In this document: positions 27,854-37,138 of the stretch, one piece after another
Position numbering within the stretch: position 1 is the stretch's first letter
Layout of the letters: every line of letters starts with the position of its first letter
Origin: an archaeon
GTDB lineage: Archaea; SpSt-1190; DYHY01
Length of the DNA: 64,000 nucleotides
Assembly: GCA_037442745.1 (NCBI GenBank)
Contig: JBBIPP010000006.1
Location: 17,561-81,560 of the forward strand
Reading direction: 5' to 3'
Notes under the pieces: model-generated
The model's database searches: none
What the model saw: only the letters and a program-made list of their open reading frames with translations
Told to the model about the DNA's origin: nothing
Position numbers and translations under genes: made by a program

Positions 27854-29010
27854 AAATCCTCATGCTCTCATGGGAGTTTCCTCCATACAAAGTCGGGGGA
27901 ATTGCGAGCCATGTCAGCGACCTCTCGAATTCTCTTGCGAAAATGGGCCACTCCGTTCACATACTAACATATGGGGAGAAATACGCGACAGAGCAAACCG
28001 CGAACAACGGAATAATTGTCCGCAGAATTCCCGGGACCTGGGCGCCAAACACCCTCGCATGGAGCAATTTCCTCTGCCACAAAATTGAGAAAGAGGCAAT
28101 AAGGCTACATAAAGAGGTCCATTTTGACGTCCTCCATGCGCACGACTGGATGATGGTTCCGGCGGGAGTTGGCCTGAAAAAGACCCTCAAGCTCCCTTTC
28201 GTTTTCACCATTCACTCGACTGAGCATGGCCGGAGCGGAAAGCCTTCGAACCCATACACCCGGCTGATAAACGACCTCGAATGGTATGGAACATATGAAG
28301 CTGATGAGATAATAACTGTTGGAAAGGATTTCTGCGACGAGGTAAAGGGCCTCTTCAACCCGCCTGAAAAAAAGATCCACTATGTCCCTAACGGGGTAGA
28401 TTTGAAGAGGTTCGAGGACGTCAAATTCTTCCTAGACCGCTCAAGTTTCGCGTCTGACTGGGAGAAAATAATACTTTTCGTCGGAAGGCTCTCCCACCAA
28501 AAGGGGCTAGAATATCTTGTCTGGGCTGCTCCGAAAATATTAAAGGCAAACCCGGGAGCAAAGTTTGTTGTCTCCGGAGCAGGGGACGTCAACAAATATT
28601 CCTCGCTGGCCAATCAGCTTGGAGTTGGGCACAAGTTCTATTTCACCGGATACACTCCCGACCACCTGATACCCTCCCTTTATTCCCTAGCGGACGCGTT
28701 CGCAGTCCCGAGCGTCTACGAGCCTTTTGGAATTGTCGCGCTTGAGGCCTCGGCTGCAAGAAAGCCTGTTGTCGGCTCCTATGTCGGGGGGCTAAAGGAC
28801 ACTATTGTCCACGAATATACCGGCCTTCACACTTTCCCCGGGCACGTTGACTCTATTGCGAGCCAGGTTGACCGCATCCTCTCGGATTCCTCCTGGGCGG
28901 AATGGATGGGGCGAAACGGGCATTCCTGGGTTGAGACGAATTTCACCTGGGAGCGGATTTCCCGGTGGACTACTGGGATTTACGGGAAAGCCCTAGGTCT
29001 TTGGGAATGA
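27850..29010 (+). CDS. GT4-family glycosyltransferase
   Basis: SWEFPPYKVGG, HAHDW, FVGRLSHQKG, PSVYEPFGIVALEA. Confidence 0.95.
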   Translation: MKILMLSWEFPPYKVGGIASHVSDLSNSLAKMGHSVHILTYGEKYATEQTANNGIIVRRIPGTWAPNTLAWSNFLCHKIEKEAIRLHKEVHFDVLHAHDWMMVPAGVGLKKTLKLPFVFTIHSTEHGRSGKPSNPYTRLINDLEWYGTYEADEIITVGKDFCDEVKGLFNPPEKKIHYVPNGVDLKRFEDVKFFLDRSSFASDWEKIILFVGRLSHQKGLEYLVWAAPKILKANPGAKFVVSGAGDVNKYSSLANQLGVGHKFYFTGYTPDHLIPSLYSLADAFAVPSVYEPFGIVALEASAARKPVVGSYVGGLKDTIVHEYTGLHTFPGHVDSIASQVDRILSDSSWAEWMGRNGHSWVETNFTWERISRWTTGIYGKALGLWE

Positions 29011-29065
29011 TTTTTCCAAAAAATCAACCAATTTAAAGGCGGATTTTGGCAATGAAAAATAGTAG

Positions 29066-29962
29066 ATGAAACTCCCGAAAAAATTCCCCCTAATTCTCCT
29101 CGCAAGCCCCCTGATATTCTCTCTTGAACTAGTCTTCCTCAAATGGGCTTTCACAAAGGGAGGCCTTGACCCGATAAGCTTCACTGCCAACCGCTCTGTT
29201 TTCGGGGCAATTTTCCTCGCTTTCTTCGGGCTCGTTCCCCTGGCAAGGGAATTGAAAACTGACTGGAAGGCGCTTGTCAAATGGGTCCTCGTCCTTACAG
29301 CAATCCGGGCGACCGGAGACTTTCTCTATTTCATCTGCCAGAACCTCTCGACTCCGGGAGCGTTTTCCCTTCTTCTCCAGCTGTCCGCTTTCTCTACAGG
29401 TTTTTTTGCCTTCTTAATGTTGAAGGAGCGCTTGCCTCCGAGGGAAATTGCCGGGGGCCTGATAATGGTGTTCGGCGCCCTTTTCGTAATACTCTCGAAA
29501 GGGAACGGAGCGGTCTCGGTCGGCTTTGGCGAGGCTCTGACTCTTGCGTTTGTTGTCCTGATTGGAATAGGGAACGCGTTCTCGAAGAAGGCAATTGATT
29601 CCGGGATTGACCGGAACGCAATTCTTTTCGGGGCAACTCTTTTCTCAATACCGGTGTTCTATCTTCTCTCGCCCATTCTTTTCGGGAAAAATCCCCTTGC
29701 GACTTTTGCAACAGACCTGCCCTATGCTCTCGGAGGGGCCCTCTTTTTCGCCGCAAACACCCTTGTGATTTTCTATTGTTTCGAGCATTTCGGGCCCTCT
29801 AGAACCCAGATAGCCTCGATTTCCAACGTAATATTCTCGGCAATTTTCGCGTTTCTTCTCCTGGGAATTTCTCCGTCCCTTACTGATTTCGCCGGGGGAG
29901 CGATAATAATTGCGGGAGTGGCGGTTTTTCTCGGCGCAGGGAAGAAAAACGTTAAATCCTGA
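29066..29962 (+). CDS. EamA/DMT-family transporter
   Basis: ~10 TM helices in two repeats; FLMLKER, GGAIIIAGV. Confidence 0.85.
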   Translation: MKLPKKFPLILLASPLIFSLELVFLKWAFTKGGLDPISFTANRSVFGAIFLAFFGLVPLARELKTDWKALVKWVLVLTAIRATGDFLYFICQNLSTPGAFSLLLQLSAFSTGFFAFLMLKERLPPREIAGGLIMVFGALFVILSKGNGAVSVGFGEALTLAFVVLIGIGNAFSKKAIDSGIDRNAILFGATLFSIPVFYLLSPILFGKNPLATFATDLPYALGGALFFAANTLVIFYCFEHFGPSRTQIASISNVIFSAIFAFLLLGISPSLTDFAGGAIIIAGVAVFLGAGKKNVKS

Positions 29963-29981
29963 CAATAGGTATTTTTGTCTA

Positions 29982-30539
29982 ATGTCTGACCGAAAAGCGT
30001 CCGCAGTTGGAAAGGAGGTTTTAGCATCAGTATATGAGCTTCCCTACCACCTTCTGGGTGCTCCGGGAGAAGGAATCCTTGCCCTGAAAAAAATTTACCG
30101 GGATTCCCCGGAGAGCGACCCGTCAAAGCAGGTTCTTTCAGCAACGGGAAATGTCCTCTCCGCGGTAACTGAACTGCCCATTTTAGGTCCGGTTGTCCAA
30201 GGTATTGGCTATCTTGGAGACAAGGGCTTTGAAAAGGCGGAGCGGCTCAGAAAAGAGGCTGCCGATATAAGAGGGGGGCCTTCCGCGGAGGACCGGTTTT
30301 ATTCTTGGGTCGGAAAAAGTCCCGTCGTTCAGGCTGCCGGCACAAAAATGAAAAGCCTTCTTGAAAAAACTCCCGACATTTTTAAGGGATATGAAAAGGG
30401 GGAGAATGACGCAATGTATGCCCATGAGATCGGCTACGGTTGGGAAAATGGGCCAAATTCCGAGAGCGTCTTTGACAATGTCTTTGGCAATGGGGCGGCA
30501 TCCAGAATAAGAGCGGGCGCAAAGGATTATAGGAACTAG
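29982..30539 (+). CDS. Hypothetical protein
   Basis: ORF from ATG 29982 immediately after EamA. Confidence 0.55.
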   Translation: MSDRKASAVGKEVLASVYELPYHLLGAPGEGILALKKIYRDSPESDPSKQVLSATGNVLSAVTELPILGPVVQGIGYLGDKGFEKAERLRKEAADIRGGPSAEDRFYSWVGKSPVVQAAGTKMKSLLEKTPDIFKGYEKGENDAMYAHEIGYGWENGPNSESVFDNVFGNGAASRIRAGAKDYRN

Positions 30540-30943
30540 AAACTCTTCCTTATTCTTTCGGCAATTGCCTCGTACTGTTCTTTTGAAAAATGCAGATGAA
30601 CTGAAAAGTCAAGTAGCTTTCCGTGATGGTCTCCCTCGTTTCTGGGAATTATCCAAAGCGCCGCATGGGGAACCTGCATTCCAAGAGTAAGAAAGGAGAC
30701 TGTCTTTGCGTTCAGTCCCTTCATGCAGGCAAGGGCGACTTTTTTTCCTGTTTCGAAAAATTCGCCGGCCTCGGGAAGCTCATGGACCCATCTGTAGTGT
30801 TTTTTTGGTATCAGAATTGTGTGGCCTATTGCCTTGGGGTCAATTGAAAGGAATGCCAGATAATTTTCATCCTCGTAAATCTTGAACTCGGGAAGCTCAT
30901 GATTGACTATTTTGCAAAAAGCGCAGTCTGATTCTCCGGCCAT
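30536..30943 (-). CDS. HIT-family protein with degenerate histidine triad
   Basis: CAFCKI...YEDE...FLSIDP..GHTILIPKKH...QVPHAALWIIPR. Confidence 0.88.
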   Translation of the reverse strand: MAGESDCAFCKIVNHELPEFKIYEDENYLAFLSIDPKAIGHTILIPKKHYRWVHELPEAGEFFETGKKVALACMKGLNAKTVSFLTLGMQVPHAALWIIPRNEGDHHGKLLDFSVHLHFSKEQYEAIAERIRKSF

Positions 30944-31029
30944 TCTTTACCCTAATGCCCGCCCGGATTTAAGCTTAATTGTGCTTCAGGCGAAGAAAAA
31001 TTTTTAACCGGCGTTCCCGGGCGTCTCTT

Positions 31030-31683
31030 ATGCCCAAGAGACGTTGCATGTCATGCGGAGAAATAATCGACTCTTCCTGGAAGTTTTGTCCCTCTTGCGG
31101 AGAGGAGCAAAATAACATCCCAGACTTTCTCTCTGAATTCTTCAGCGAATTCGACAGGAACTTGAGAAATATTGCCGGAATGAATTTTGAGAGGCTTGAC
31201 ACAACCCCGATGTTTTCAGAAAATGCGGGAGGTTTTTCCCTCAAAGTCACCAGAAGGAACAATGAAGAGCCGAAAGTTGAGGTGAGGACTTTTGGGAACG
31301 TCCGGCCTGAAGATATTGAGAGGAACATAAGGGGTCTTCCCCCGACTGCGCCCTTGAGGGGCGGTTTTGTGAGAATAGGTGTTGCCCCAAAAACGATCCA
31401 GACTCCAAGAAAGCCGGGCAAAATTTCGGAACCGCGCTCGAAAATAACAACTGAAGGAAACAGGGTGATTGTCGAGCTTGCCCTCCCAAACGTTCCTTCG
31501 CTAAAGGATGTCGAGGTTACTGAGCTTGAGAGCTCAATTGAGGTGAGGGGCTACGGGAAGGATGAAAGCTATTTCAAGATAATCGCAATCCCTGAAGGGG
31601 CAAGGGTAATTGGAAAGAGCTTCTCCGGAGGAACCCTCCGCCTTGAGCTAGGAAAGAATGAAGGAACAGAAGGCACGAAATGA
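31030..31683 (+). CDS. Zinc-ribbon plus Hsp20-like domain protein
   Basis: CMSCG...WKFCPSCG; C-terminal EP...VELALPNV...ESSIEVRG...YFKII alpha-crystallin-like segment. Confidence 0.7.
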   Translation: MPKRRCMSCGEIIDSSWKFCPSCGEEQNNIPDFLSEFFSEFDRNLRNIAGMNFERLDTTPMFSENAGGFSLKVTRRNNEEPKVEVRTFGNVRPEDIERNIRGLPPTAPLRGGFVRIGVAPKTIQTPRKPGKISEPRSKITTEGNRVIVELALPNVPSLKDVEVTELESSIEVRGYGKDESYFKIIAIPEGARVIGKSFSGGTLRLELGKNEGTEGTK

Positions 31684-32108
31684 GTTTACCCAAAATTAAC
31701 CAGACTGTCCTCATTCTCGACACCTCCCTAATTCTCGAGCTCTTCAAGACGAAAAGGTTCGACCTAGTGGAGCTTCGGGCGCTCTCGGGCGCAAGGGAGG
31801 TCGTTCTTCCAAAGTCGGTCGGAGGCGAGCTCGAAAAACTTGGGAAAAAGGACATCCTCAACTATCTTGTTTCGAGTGGGTGCGCAATTGTCGAATCCGG
31901 AAGCAAGACAAAGCACGGCGACCGGGAAATTGAGGAGCTCTGCCTGAAATTCTCTCCGGATAGGGAGATTGTTATAGGAACTCAGGACTTTGCCCTCGCA
32001 TCAAAGCTAAAGTCTTTTAAAGGAAAATTCGGGCATATTTTCGAGAGAGGAGGAAAAAAGCTCGGGTTCTCCAATATTGGGGAGCGTCTGCCGGGCAGGA
32101 AATCCTGA
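31680..32108 (+). CDS. PIN-domain protein (Fcf1/Utp24-like)
   Basis: ILDTS, V..EL, D..I, GTQD..L; conserved position upstream of rpoE. Confidence 0.8.
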   Translation: MSLPKINQTVLILDTSLILELFKTKRFDLVELRALSGAREVVLPKSVGGELEKLGKKDILNYLVSSGCAIVESGSKTKHGDREIEELCLKFSPDREIVIGTQDFALASKLKSFKGKFGHIFERGGKKLGFSNIGERLPGRKS

Positions 32109-32112
32109 CAAA

Positions 32113-32712
32113 ATGGGGAAAAGTCTTTGGAAAGAGCTTTCAACGGGCAAGAATCCGCCCGAGGACATCAATGTTGTTATAGAAATATTGAAAGGGGGCA
32201 GGCAGAGGTTCAACCTCGAAGGTGAGCACCCTTTCCTTGAGGGGGTTTTCTCAGCCCTCGCATATCCTTCCGACTGCGGGTTCGTTCCGAGGACGTGCTG
32301 GGACAGCGGAAGGCCTATTGAAGTTTTGGTCCTTGTTGATGAGCGCACGTTCCCCGGATGCATTGTTCCGGCAAGGCCGATTGCTGTCCTGAAAATTCTC
32401 GGAGCCGATGAGAAAAGGAGCGACAAGGTCCTCGCAGTTCCTTTGGGCGACCCGAAATACGACAACGTAAGGTCGGCAAAGGACCTCCCTCCGCATGTTG
32501 AGGAGGAAATACTCCATTTCTATACAACATTCAAGCAGTCCCTCGGGATTTCGGCCAATTTCGAAATACTTGGTTGGGGGGACGAGAATGAGGCGAAAAA
32601 GATTGTCCTCCACGGAATGAAGGTTTTCAGGAGGAAGGAATTGACTGAAAAAGGCGGAATGGACATGCTTAAAACCGGTGAAAATCAGGAATTAGATGAA
32701 AACGAACTATAG
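32113..32712 (+). CDS. ppa: Family I inorganic pyrophosphatase homolog with degenerate active site
   Basis: PPEDINVVIEI, YP..CGFVPRT, PGCIVPARPI, DKVLAVP..DP, EILHF. Confidence 0.8.
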   Translation: MGKSLWKELSTGKNPPEDINVVIEILKGGRQRFNLEGEHPFLEGVFSALAYPSDCGFVPRTCWDSGRPIEVLVLVDERTFPGCIVPARPIAVLKILGADEKRSDKVLAVPLGDPKYDNVRSAKDLPPHVEEEILHFYTTFKQSLGISANFEILGWGDENEAKKIVLHGMKVFRRKELTEKGGMDMLKTGENQELDENEL

Positions 32713-32724
32713 GAGACTGATGAA

Positions 32725-33276
32725 ATGCACGAAATTGTCACAATGCGGGAAAGCGTAAGGGTTCCTCCAAAGTTCCTAGAGGAAAGCTCGACTGAATCGG
32801 TGAAGAAGGCTCTTCGCGAGTCGGTTGAGGGAACAATTGACAAGGACAAGGGAATAATACTTTGCGTAACTGATGTCCTTGACATCTCGGACGGAAACAT
32901 TATTGCCGGGGACGGAGCAGTCTACTATGACACAGCTTTCAATGCGCTAGTCTACAAGCCGGAGCTCCACGAAGTGCTTGACGGGGAAGTGATTGAGGTT
33001 GTCGAATTCGGGTGTTTCGTTAGAATAGGGCCATTGGACGGCCTAGTACATGTCTCCCAGGCTTCTGACGAGTTCATGAGCTTCTCAGCCGAGGGGATTC
33101 TTGCCGGAAAGACAGGAGCAAGGACGCTTAAGGTGGGAGACAAGGTCAGGGCAAGGCTCGTTACAATAAGCCTGAAGGGCGCGTCCTCTAAAATCGGGCT
33201 CACAATGAAGCAGCCGGGCCTCGGAAAATTCGAATGGCTTGAAGAGGAGAAAAAGGCGGCCGGAGGAAAGAAGTAG
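32725..33276 (+). CDS. rpoE1: RNA polymerase subunit E' (Rpo7)
   Basis: VRVPP, GDGAVYY, FGCFVRIGPLDGLVHVSQ, IGLTMKQPGLGK. Confidence 0.96.
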   Translation: MHEIVTMRESVRVPPKFLEESSTESVKKALRESVEGTIDKDKGIILCVTDVLDISDGNIIAGDGAVYYDTAFNALVYKPELHEVLDGEVIEVVEFGCFVRIGPLDGLVHVSQASDEFMSFSAEGILAGKTGARTLKVGDKVRARLVTISLKGASSKIGLTMKQPGLGKFEWLEEEKKAAGGKK

Positions 33277-33278
33277 AA

Positions 33279-33476
33279 ATGGCATCGAAACAGACAAAGG
33301 TCTGCAGGAACTGCAGGGCAATTGTTGAAAAGGGAGATTCCTGCCCCCTCTGCAAGGGAACCGATTTCACGACAACCTGGGCGGGTTTCTCGATAATATA
33401 TGACCCGGAGAATTCCGCAATTGCAAAAGAGATGGGTGTTGAGATCAAGGGAGAATTCGCCCTTCGCGTCAGATAG
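33279..33476 (+). CDS. spt4: Transcription elongation factor Spt4 (RpoE'')
   Basis: CRNC...CPLC...W.G..II.DPENSAIAK...GEFALRVR. Confidence 0.95.
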   Translation: MASKQTKVCRNCRAIVEKGDSCPLCKGTDFTTTWAGFSIIYDPENSAIAKEMGVEIKGEFALRVR

Positions 33477-33537
33477 TCTTGTTTCAGTAAGAGTTAAAAA
33501 CGGCTAAAAAACTAATAATCCGAGTGAAAACTGAAAA

Positions 33538-33861
33538 ATGCCTGATATAAAAATACTAGGGAAAACCGAAGAGCCCCTTTTGAAAAGGAAGATGGTCGAG
33601 TTTGAAGTCAGCCACGGAGCGTCCCCAACCCCGAAAAGGAAGGAAACAAAGTCAAAGTTGGCAGTCCTCCTAGGAACTGAGGAGCCGTTGGTGGTAATTG
33701 ACAATTTTGGGACAACCTACGGCCTAAACATTGCAAAGGGAACTGCTTTCGTCTACGAGTCAGAGGACGCCCTTGTTTCCGCGGAAGGAAGAATCAAGGC
33801 ATCAAAGGAAAAAAACGGCAAGCACAAGAAGAATGCTCTTGGTTCAGCGCCTTCCCAGTAA
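33538..33861 (+). CDS. rps24e: 30S ribosomal protein S24e
   Basis: PLLKRK...H..SPTPKR...T.YG...A.VY. Confidence 0.9.
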   Translation: MPDIKILGKTEEPLLKRKMVEFEVSHGASPTPKRKETKSKLAVLLGTEEPLVVIDNFGTTYGLNIAKGTAFVYESEDALVSAEGRIKASKEKNGKHKKNALGSAPSQ

Positions 33862-33866
33862 GAAAG

Positions 33867-34499
33867 ATGGCGGATTTTTCCCGCCAGTTGCCAAAAAACC
33901 AAAAGGATCTAGCAATTCTCCTCTCGAAATTCAGGGGGTTTTCCTCCCCGAAGAATTCCCTTGAGCAGTGGGAGACTCCGGGGGAAATTGCCTCGGTTAT
34001 TGCATTCCTTGCCGAAAGGGACATTTCAGGAAAATCTGTCTGCGACCTCGGTGCAGGAACGGGAATCCTTTCCGGCGCCTGCTTTCTAATTGGAGCGAAA
34101 AGGGTTGTCGCAGTTGAGGTTGATTCAGATGCAATCGGAACAATGCGGGAGAACTTTGATAGGTTCGGAATATCGGCCGAGATTGCCGAGTGCGACATTT
34201 CCGAATTTTCCCCTGAAAGCCAGTTTGACGTCGCAATAATGAACCCCCCCTTCGGAGCACAGAGGGAAGCCAGGGGGCTGGACAGAATTTTCCTTGAAAA
34301 GGCGATTTCAATTGCCCCGGTTGTCTATTCCCTCCACATTGCTTCAACGCGAAACTTTATAAGGGGATTTTCCGAGTCAAAACTAGCGAAAGACTCTGTA
34401 ATAGGGACGTTCCAGTTTCCCCTGAGGGCGTCAAGAGCCTTTCACACAAGGGAAATTGAGAGAAAAGAGGTAGACTTTCACAGAATATGGCGGAAATAA
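33867..34499 (+). CDS. METTL5-like RNA N6-adenine methyltransferase
   Basis: LEQWETP, DLGAGTG, MNPPFG, HT. Confidence 0.9.
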   Translation: MADFSRQLPKNQKDLAILLSKFRGFSSPKNSLEQWETPGEIASVIAFLAERDISGKSVCDLGAGTGILSGACFLIGAKRVVAVEVDSDAIGTMRENFDRFGISAEIAECDISEFSPESQFDVAIMNPPFGAQREARGLDRIFLEKAISIAPVVYSLHIASTRNFIRGFSESKLAKDSVIGTFQFPLRASRAFHTREIERKEVDFHRIWRK

Positions 34500-34768
34500 G
34501 GATTTCAGAAAAATCCTCGGGAAAAGAGGCGACAATCGAGATTGAGGACAGCGGAAATTTCCTTGTCCAAGGCATTAGGACAGAGCTCCTGAAAAACTCG
34601 TCAGTCGATTTCGCGGGAGCAAAGCTAGAGCACCCCTTGAAGAAGACCGGGATCCTCTCGGTCAAGGTCTCAAAAGGCACTGCGGTCTCGGCAGTCAAAG
34701 ACGCCTGCGAAAGAATTGACAAGTCCGCAAAGGAATTCTCGAAAAAATTCGCGGACGAATACAAGTGA
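34487..34768 (+). CDS. rpoL: RNA polymerase subunit L (Rpo11)
   Basis: Size, V.FAG...EHPL motif, conserved neighbourhood. Confidence 0.8.
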   Translation: MAEIRISEKSSGKEATIEIEDSGNFLVQGIRTELLKNSSVDFAGAKLEHPLKKTGILSVKVSKGTAVSAVKDACERIDKSAKEFSKKFADEYK

Positions 34769-34846
34769 TTTCCCTGAAAAAGGGTTTTGCTACCTTGGAA
34801 ATCCGGGCGCAAATTAATTAAAAGGGAAACTCCGCTTATTTTTCCG

Positions 34847-36421
34847 ATGCGAACAAAGGAGCTCCTCGATTTCTATTCAAGGGAGGATGTCTCTTCAGCA
34901 ATTGTCTCCTTCGGAAAGAACAGGGAGGTTGTCGGGCGAAGGCTTCGGGGGGACTATAACAAGAGGCCGGACATTCTGGCATACCCGGGAGACGTCCACT
35001 CCCTCGCCAAGGGAGGAGTTACTTCCTTTCATGCGTCAGTTGAGCTGTGGAGAAACCCCCTTTCGCTAGTTCCCGGAATGCATAGAAAGGAGATTGACGA
35101 TAACAGGGCCGGCTGGGATTTCTTGATAGATTTGGATTCAAAAGTCGATCATTCCGACCCTTTCAGGGGCCTAGAATACAGCAAAATAGCAGCAAACGTC
35201 CTAATACAAGCTCTCGACACTTACGGGCTGGAAGAAATACCAATAAAATTTTCTGGAAAGGCAGGCTTTCACATTTTCATTCCATTCGGGCTTTTCCCCC
35301 GAAAATGGAGGGGCGCGCCAATCGAATCGGCTTTCCCGGAGCTTCCACGCCTGATGGGAAAATACCTGACGCAACTTTGCAAGGAAAAGGTAAGCGAGGA
35401 TATTGAGGAAACTTTCGGAAAGCAGTCTGCAATTGACGACGCGCGGACAGTCCATGAGCGGGAGGTGGCGGAGATTGAGAGGCTGTTTAGGGCCGAGATA
35501 CAAAAGCAGGCGGACGAGCAGTGGAAAGGGGGCAGGCCGAAGCATGAGCTTGTTGCAAAATTGCTGCTGGAGGACCCGGCCGGCCACAAGCTCCGGATAA
35601 AAAAAGAGTATAACGAAAAGCATCCGAGCATTGACAATTTCGGAATAGTCAAGATTGACTCCGTCTTGATTTCTCCAAGGCACCTTGTAAGGGCGCCATA
35701 TTCCTTCAACGAGAAAAGCTGGCTTGTTTCAATACCAGTTGAACCAAAAAAGCTCCTGAAATTCGACCCCGAGACCGCGCGCCCGGAGAATATTGAAAGG
35801 GTTGTGAAATTCGAGGGGGGTATGGGGAGCCTCGAGAGCTTGATAGACCTCCTTCCGACAGCTTTCTCAAGGGAAGATACCCGGAAGGAATATGTTGAGC
35901 AGTGGAAAACGTCAAAAGTCAAATCCAAGGGAAAATATCTTCCGGATTCCGTTGAGGAAAAGCCTAAAATCAAGCTCTCGGAATCGGTTTTTCCCCCTTG
36001 CATCGGGGCAATATTTTCGGAAATTGATGTCGAAGACGGTAGGAAGAGGCGCCTCTTCATTCTGCAGGGCTTTCTCCAGTCGGCCGGCTGGAGCGCTGAG
36101 GAAATATCGGAGAAATGCAATTCGTGGAACAGCTCCCTGAAAAATCCCCTGCCCCCTGTCTATATTGCAGGCCAGCTCTCCTATATTGGGAGAAGCAAGC
36201 GGGACAATGGCCTGATTGCCCCGAACTGCGAGACTGATGGCTTCTACCGGGAAATGGGAATTTGCAGGCCGGATTCCTTCTGCTTCGGCGTGAAAAACCC
36301 GATAACTTCCGCTTTCAGGAGGCTGCCGAAGAAGAGAATTTCCGCCCCGGAGCCGAAAAAGGCGCGGAAGGCGCGCGGGCCAGCCCGAAAAGGCAAGAAG
36401 GGGGAAAAACCCGCCTTATAA
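34847..36421 (+). CDS. Fused DNA primase PriS-PriL (DPANN type)
   Basis: PriS motifs WDFLIDLD, KFSGKAGFHI, RHLVRAPYSFNEK; PriL C-terminal Fe-S motifs FPPCI, DGRKR, PNC...C...C..KNP. Confidence 0.9.
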   Translation: MRTKELLDFYSREDVSSAIVSFGKNREVVGRRLRGDYNKRPDILAYPGDVHSLAKGGVTSFHASVELWRNPLSLVPGMHRKEIDDNRAGWDFLIDLDSKVDHSDPFRGLEYSKIAANVLIQALDTYGLEEIPIKFSGKAGFHIFIPFGLFPRKWRGAPIESAFPELPRLMGKYLTQLCKEKVSEDIEETFGKQSAIDDARTVHEREVAEIERLFRAEIQKQADEQWKGGRPKHELVAKLLLEDPAGHKLRIKKEYNEKHPSIDNFGIVKIDSVLISPRHLVRAPYSFNEKSWLVSIPVEPKKLLKFDPETARPENIERVVKFEGGMGSLESLIDLLPTAFSREDTRKEYVEQWKTSKVKSKGKYLPDSVEEKPKIKLSESVFPPCIGAIFSEIDVEDGRKRRLFILQGFLQSAGWSAEEISEKCNSWNSSLKNPLPPVYIAGQLSYIGRSKRDNGLIAPNCETDGFYREMGICRPDSFCFGVKNPITSAFRRLPKKRISAPEPKKARKARGPARKGKKGEKPAL

Positions 36422-36471
36422 CTTGGGCAGGGGAATTTTTTAAAGGGCGCTTTTGTTCAAAATCCTGAAAA

Positions 36472-37077
36472 ATGCCTGAAGTGGAAGAGCCAAGGGACGG
36501 GGAGGAAACAATAAATTTCGTCTCGCTCAGGGAAATACAGAGGAAGGAACGGGATTTCACCCCCCTCTCAAGCCTCCCGCAGGGCTTTTACCTGAAAGTT
36601 GCAATGTACTTCTCGCTCTCCAACAGGACAATTGACGGGCTTCTTGAGAAGAAGAGAGAGAACGAGTTTGCGGCAAAAGTCCTCAGGCAGAAGGAAACTG
36701 AGGTTGAGAATGCACGGGGCGTTGTAAGGGACATTTTCTCAAGGCGTCTTCGGAAAATCCTTGTCCTTGCCCACGAGGCAGTGTTCACCCGGGCGATTGC
36801 CGACACAAAGGCAATGACGGCTGAAGAGCTAGAGATTTTCGAGTCCCTCTCAAAGAGGCTCTCGGACTTTGACGAGAAGGTATATGCCCGGATTCTTGAG
36901 AGTTCAGTGTCAAAAGTCAGGGAAGGTTTCTCAAGGGTTGAGTTCCTAGACGAGTGCCCGGCGTTCGTCGGAGCTGACATGAAGAATTACGGACCGTATT
37001 CAATTGGAGAGCGCGCCGAAGTTCCGTGGAAGAACGCGGAAATCCTAGTATCGTCGGGGAAAGCCAAGAAAGGCTGA
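36472..37077 (+). CDS. GINS complex subunit (Gins51/Gins15)
   Basis: LP..FY, RRLRKI, MTAEE; C-terminal PAFVGADMKNYGP...NAEILV. Confidence 0.88.
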   Translation: MPEVEEPRDGEETINFVSLREIQRKERDFTPLSSLPQGFYLKVAMYFSLSNRTIDGLLEKKRENEFAAKVLRQKETEVENARGVVRDIFSRRLRKILVLAHEAVFTRAIADTKAMTAEELEIFESLSKRLSDFDEKVYARILESSVSKVREGFSRVEFLDECPAFVGADMKNYGPYSIGERAEVPWKNAEILVSSGKAKKG

Positions 37078-37138
37078 GCCCTTCGTGGAGTTTTTGCGCG
37101 CTAAAGTATAAATCCTCGGGCGAAAGAATTTCCTGAAA

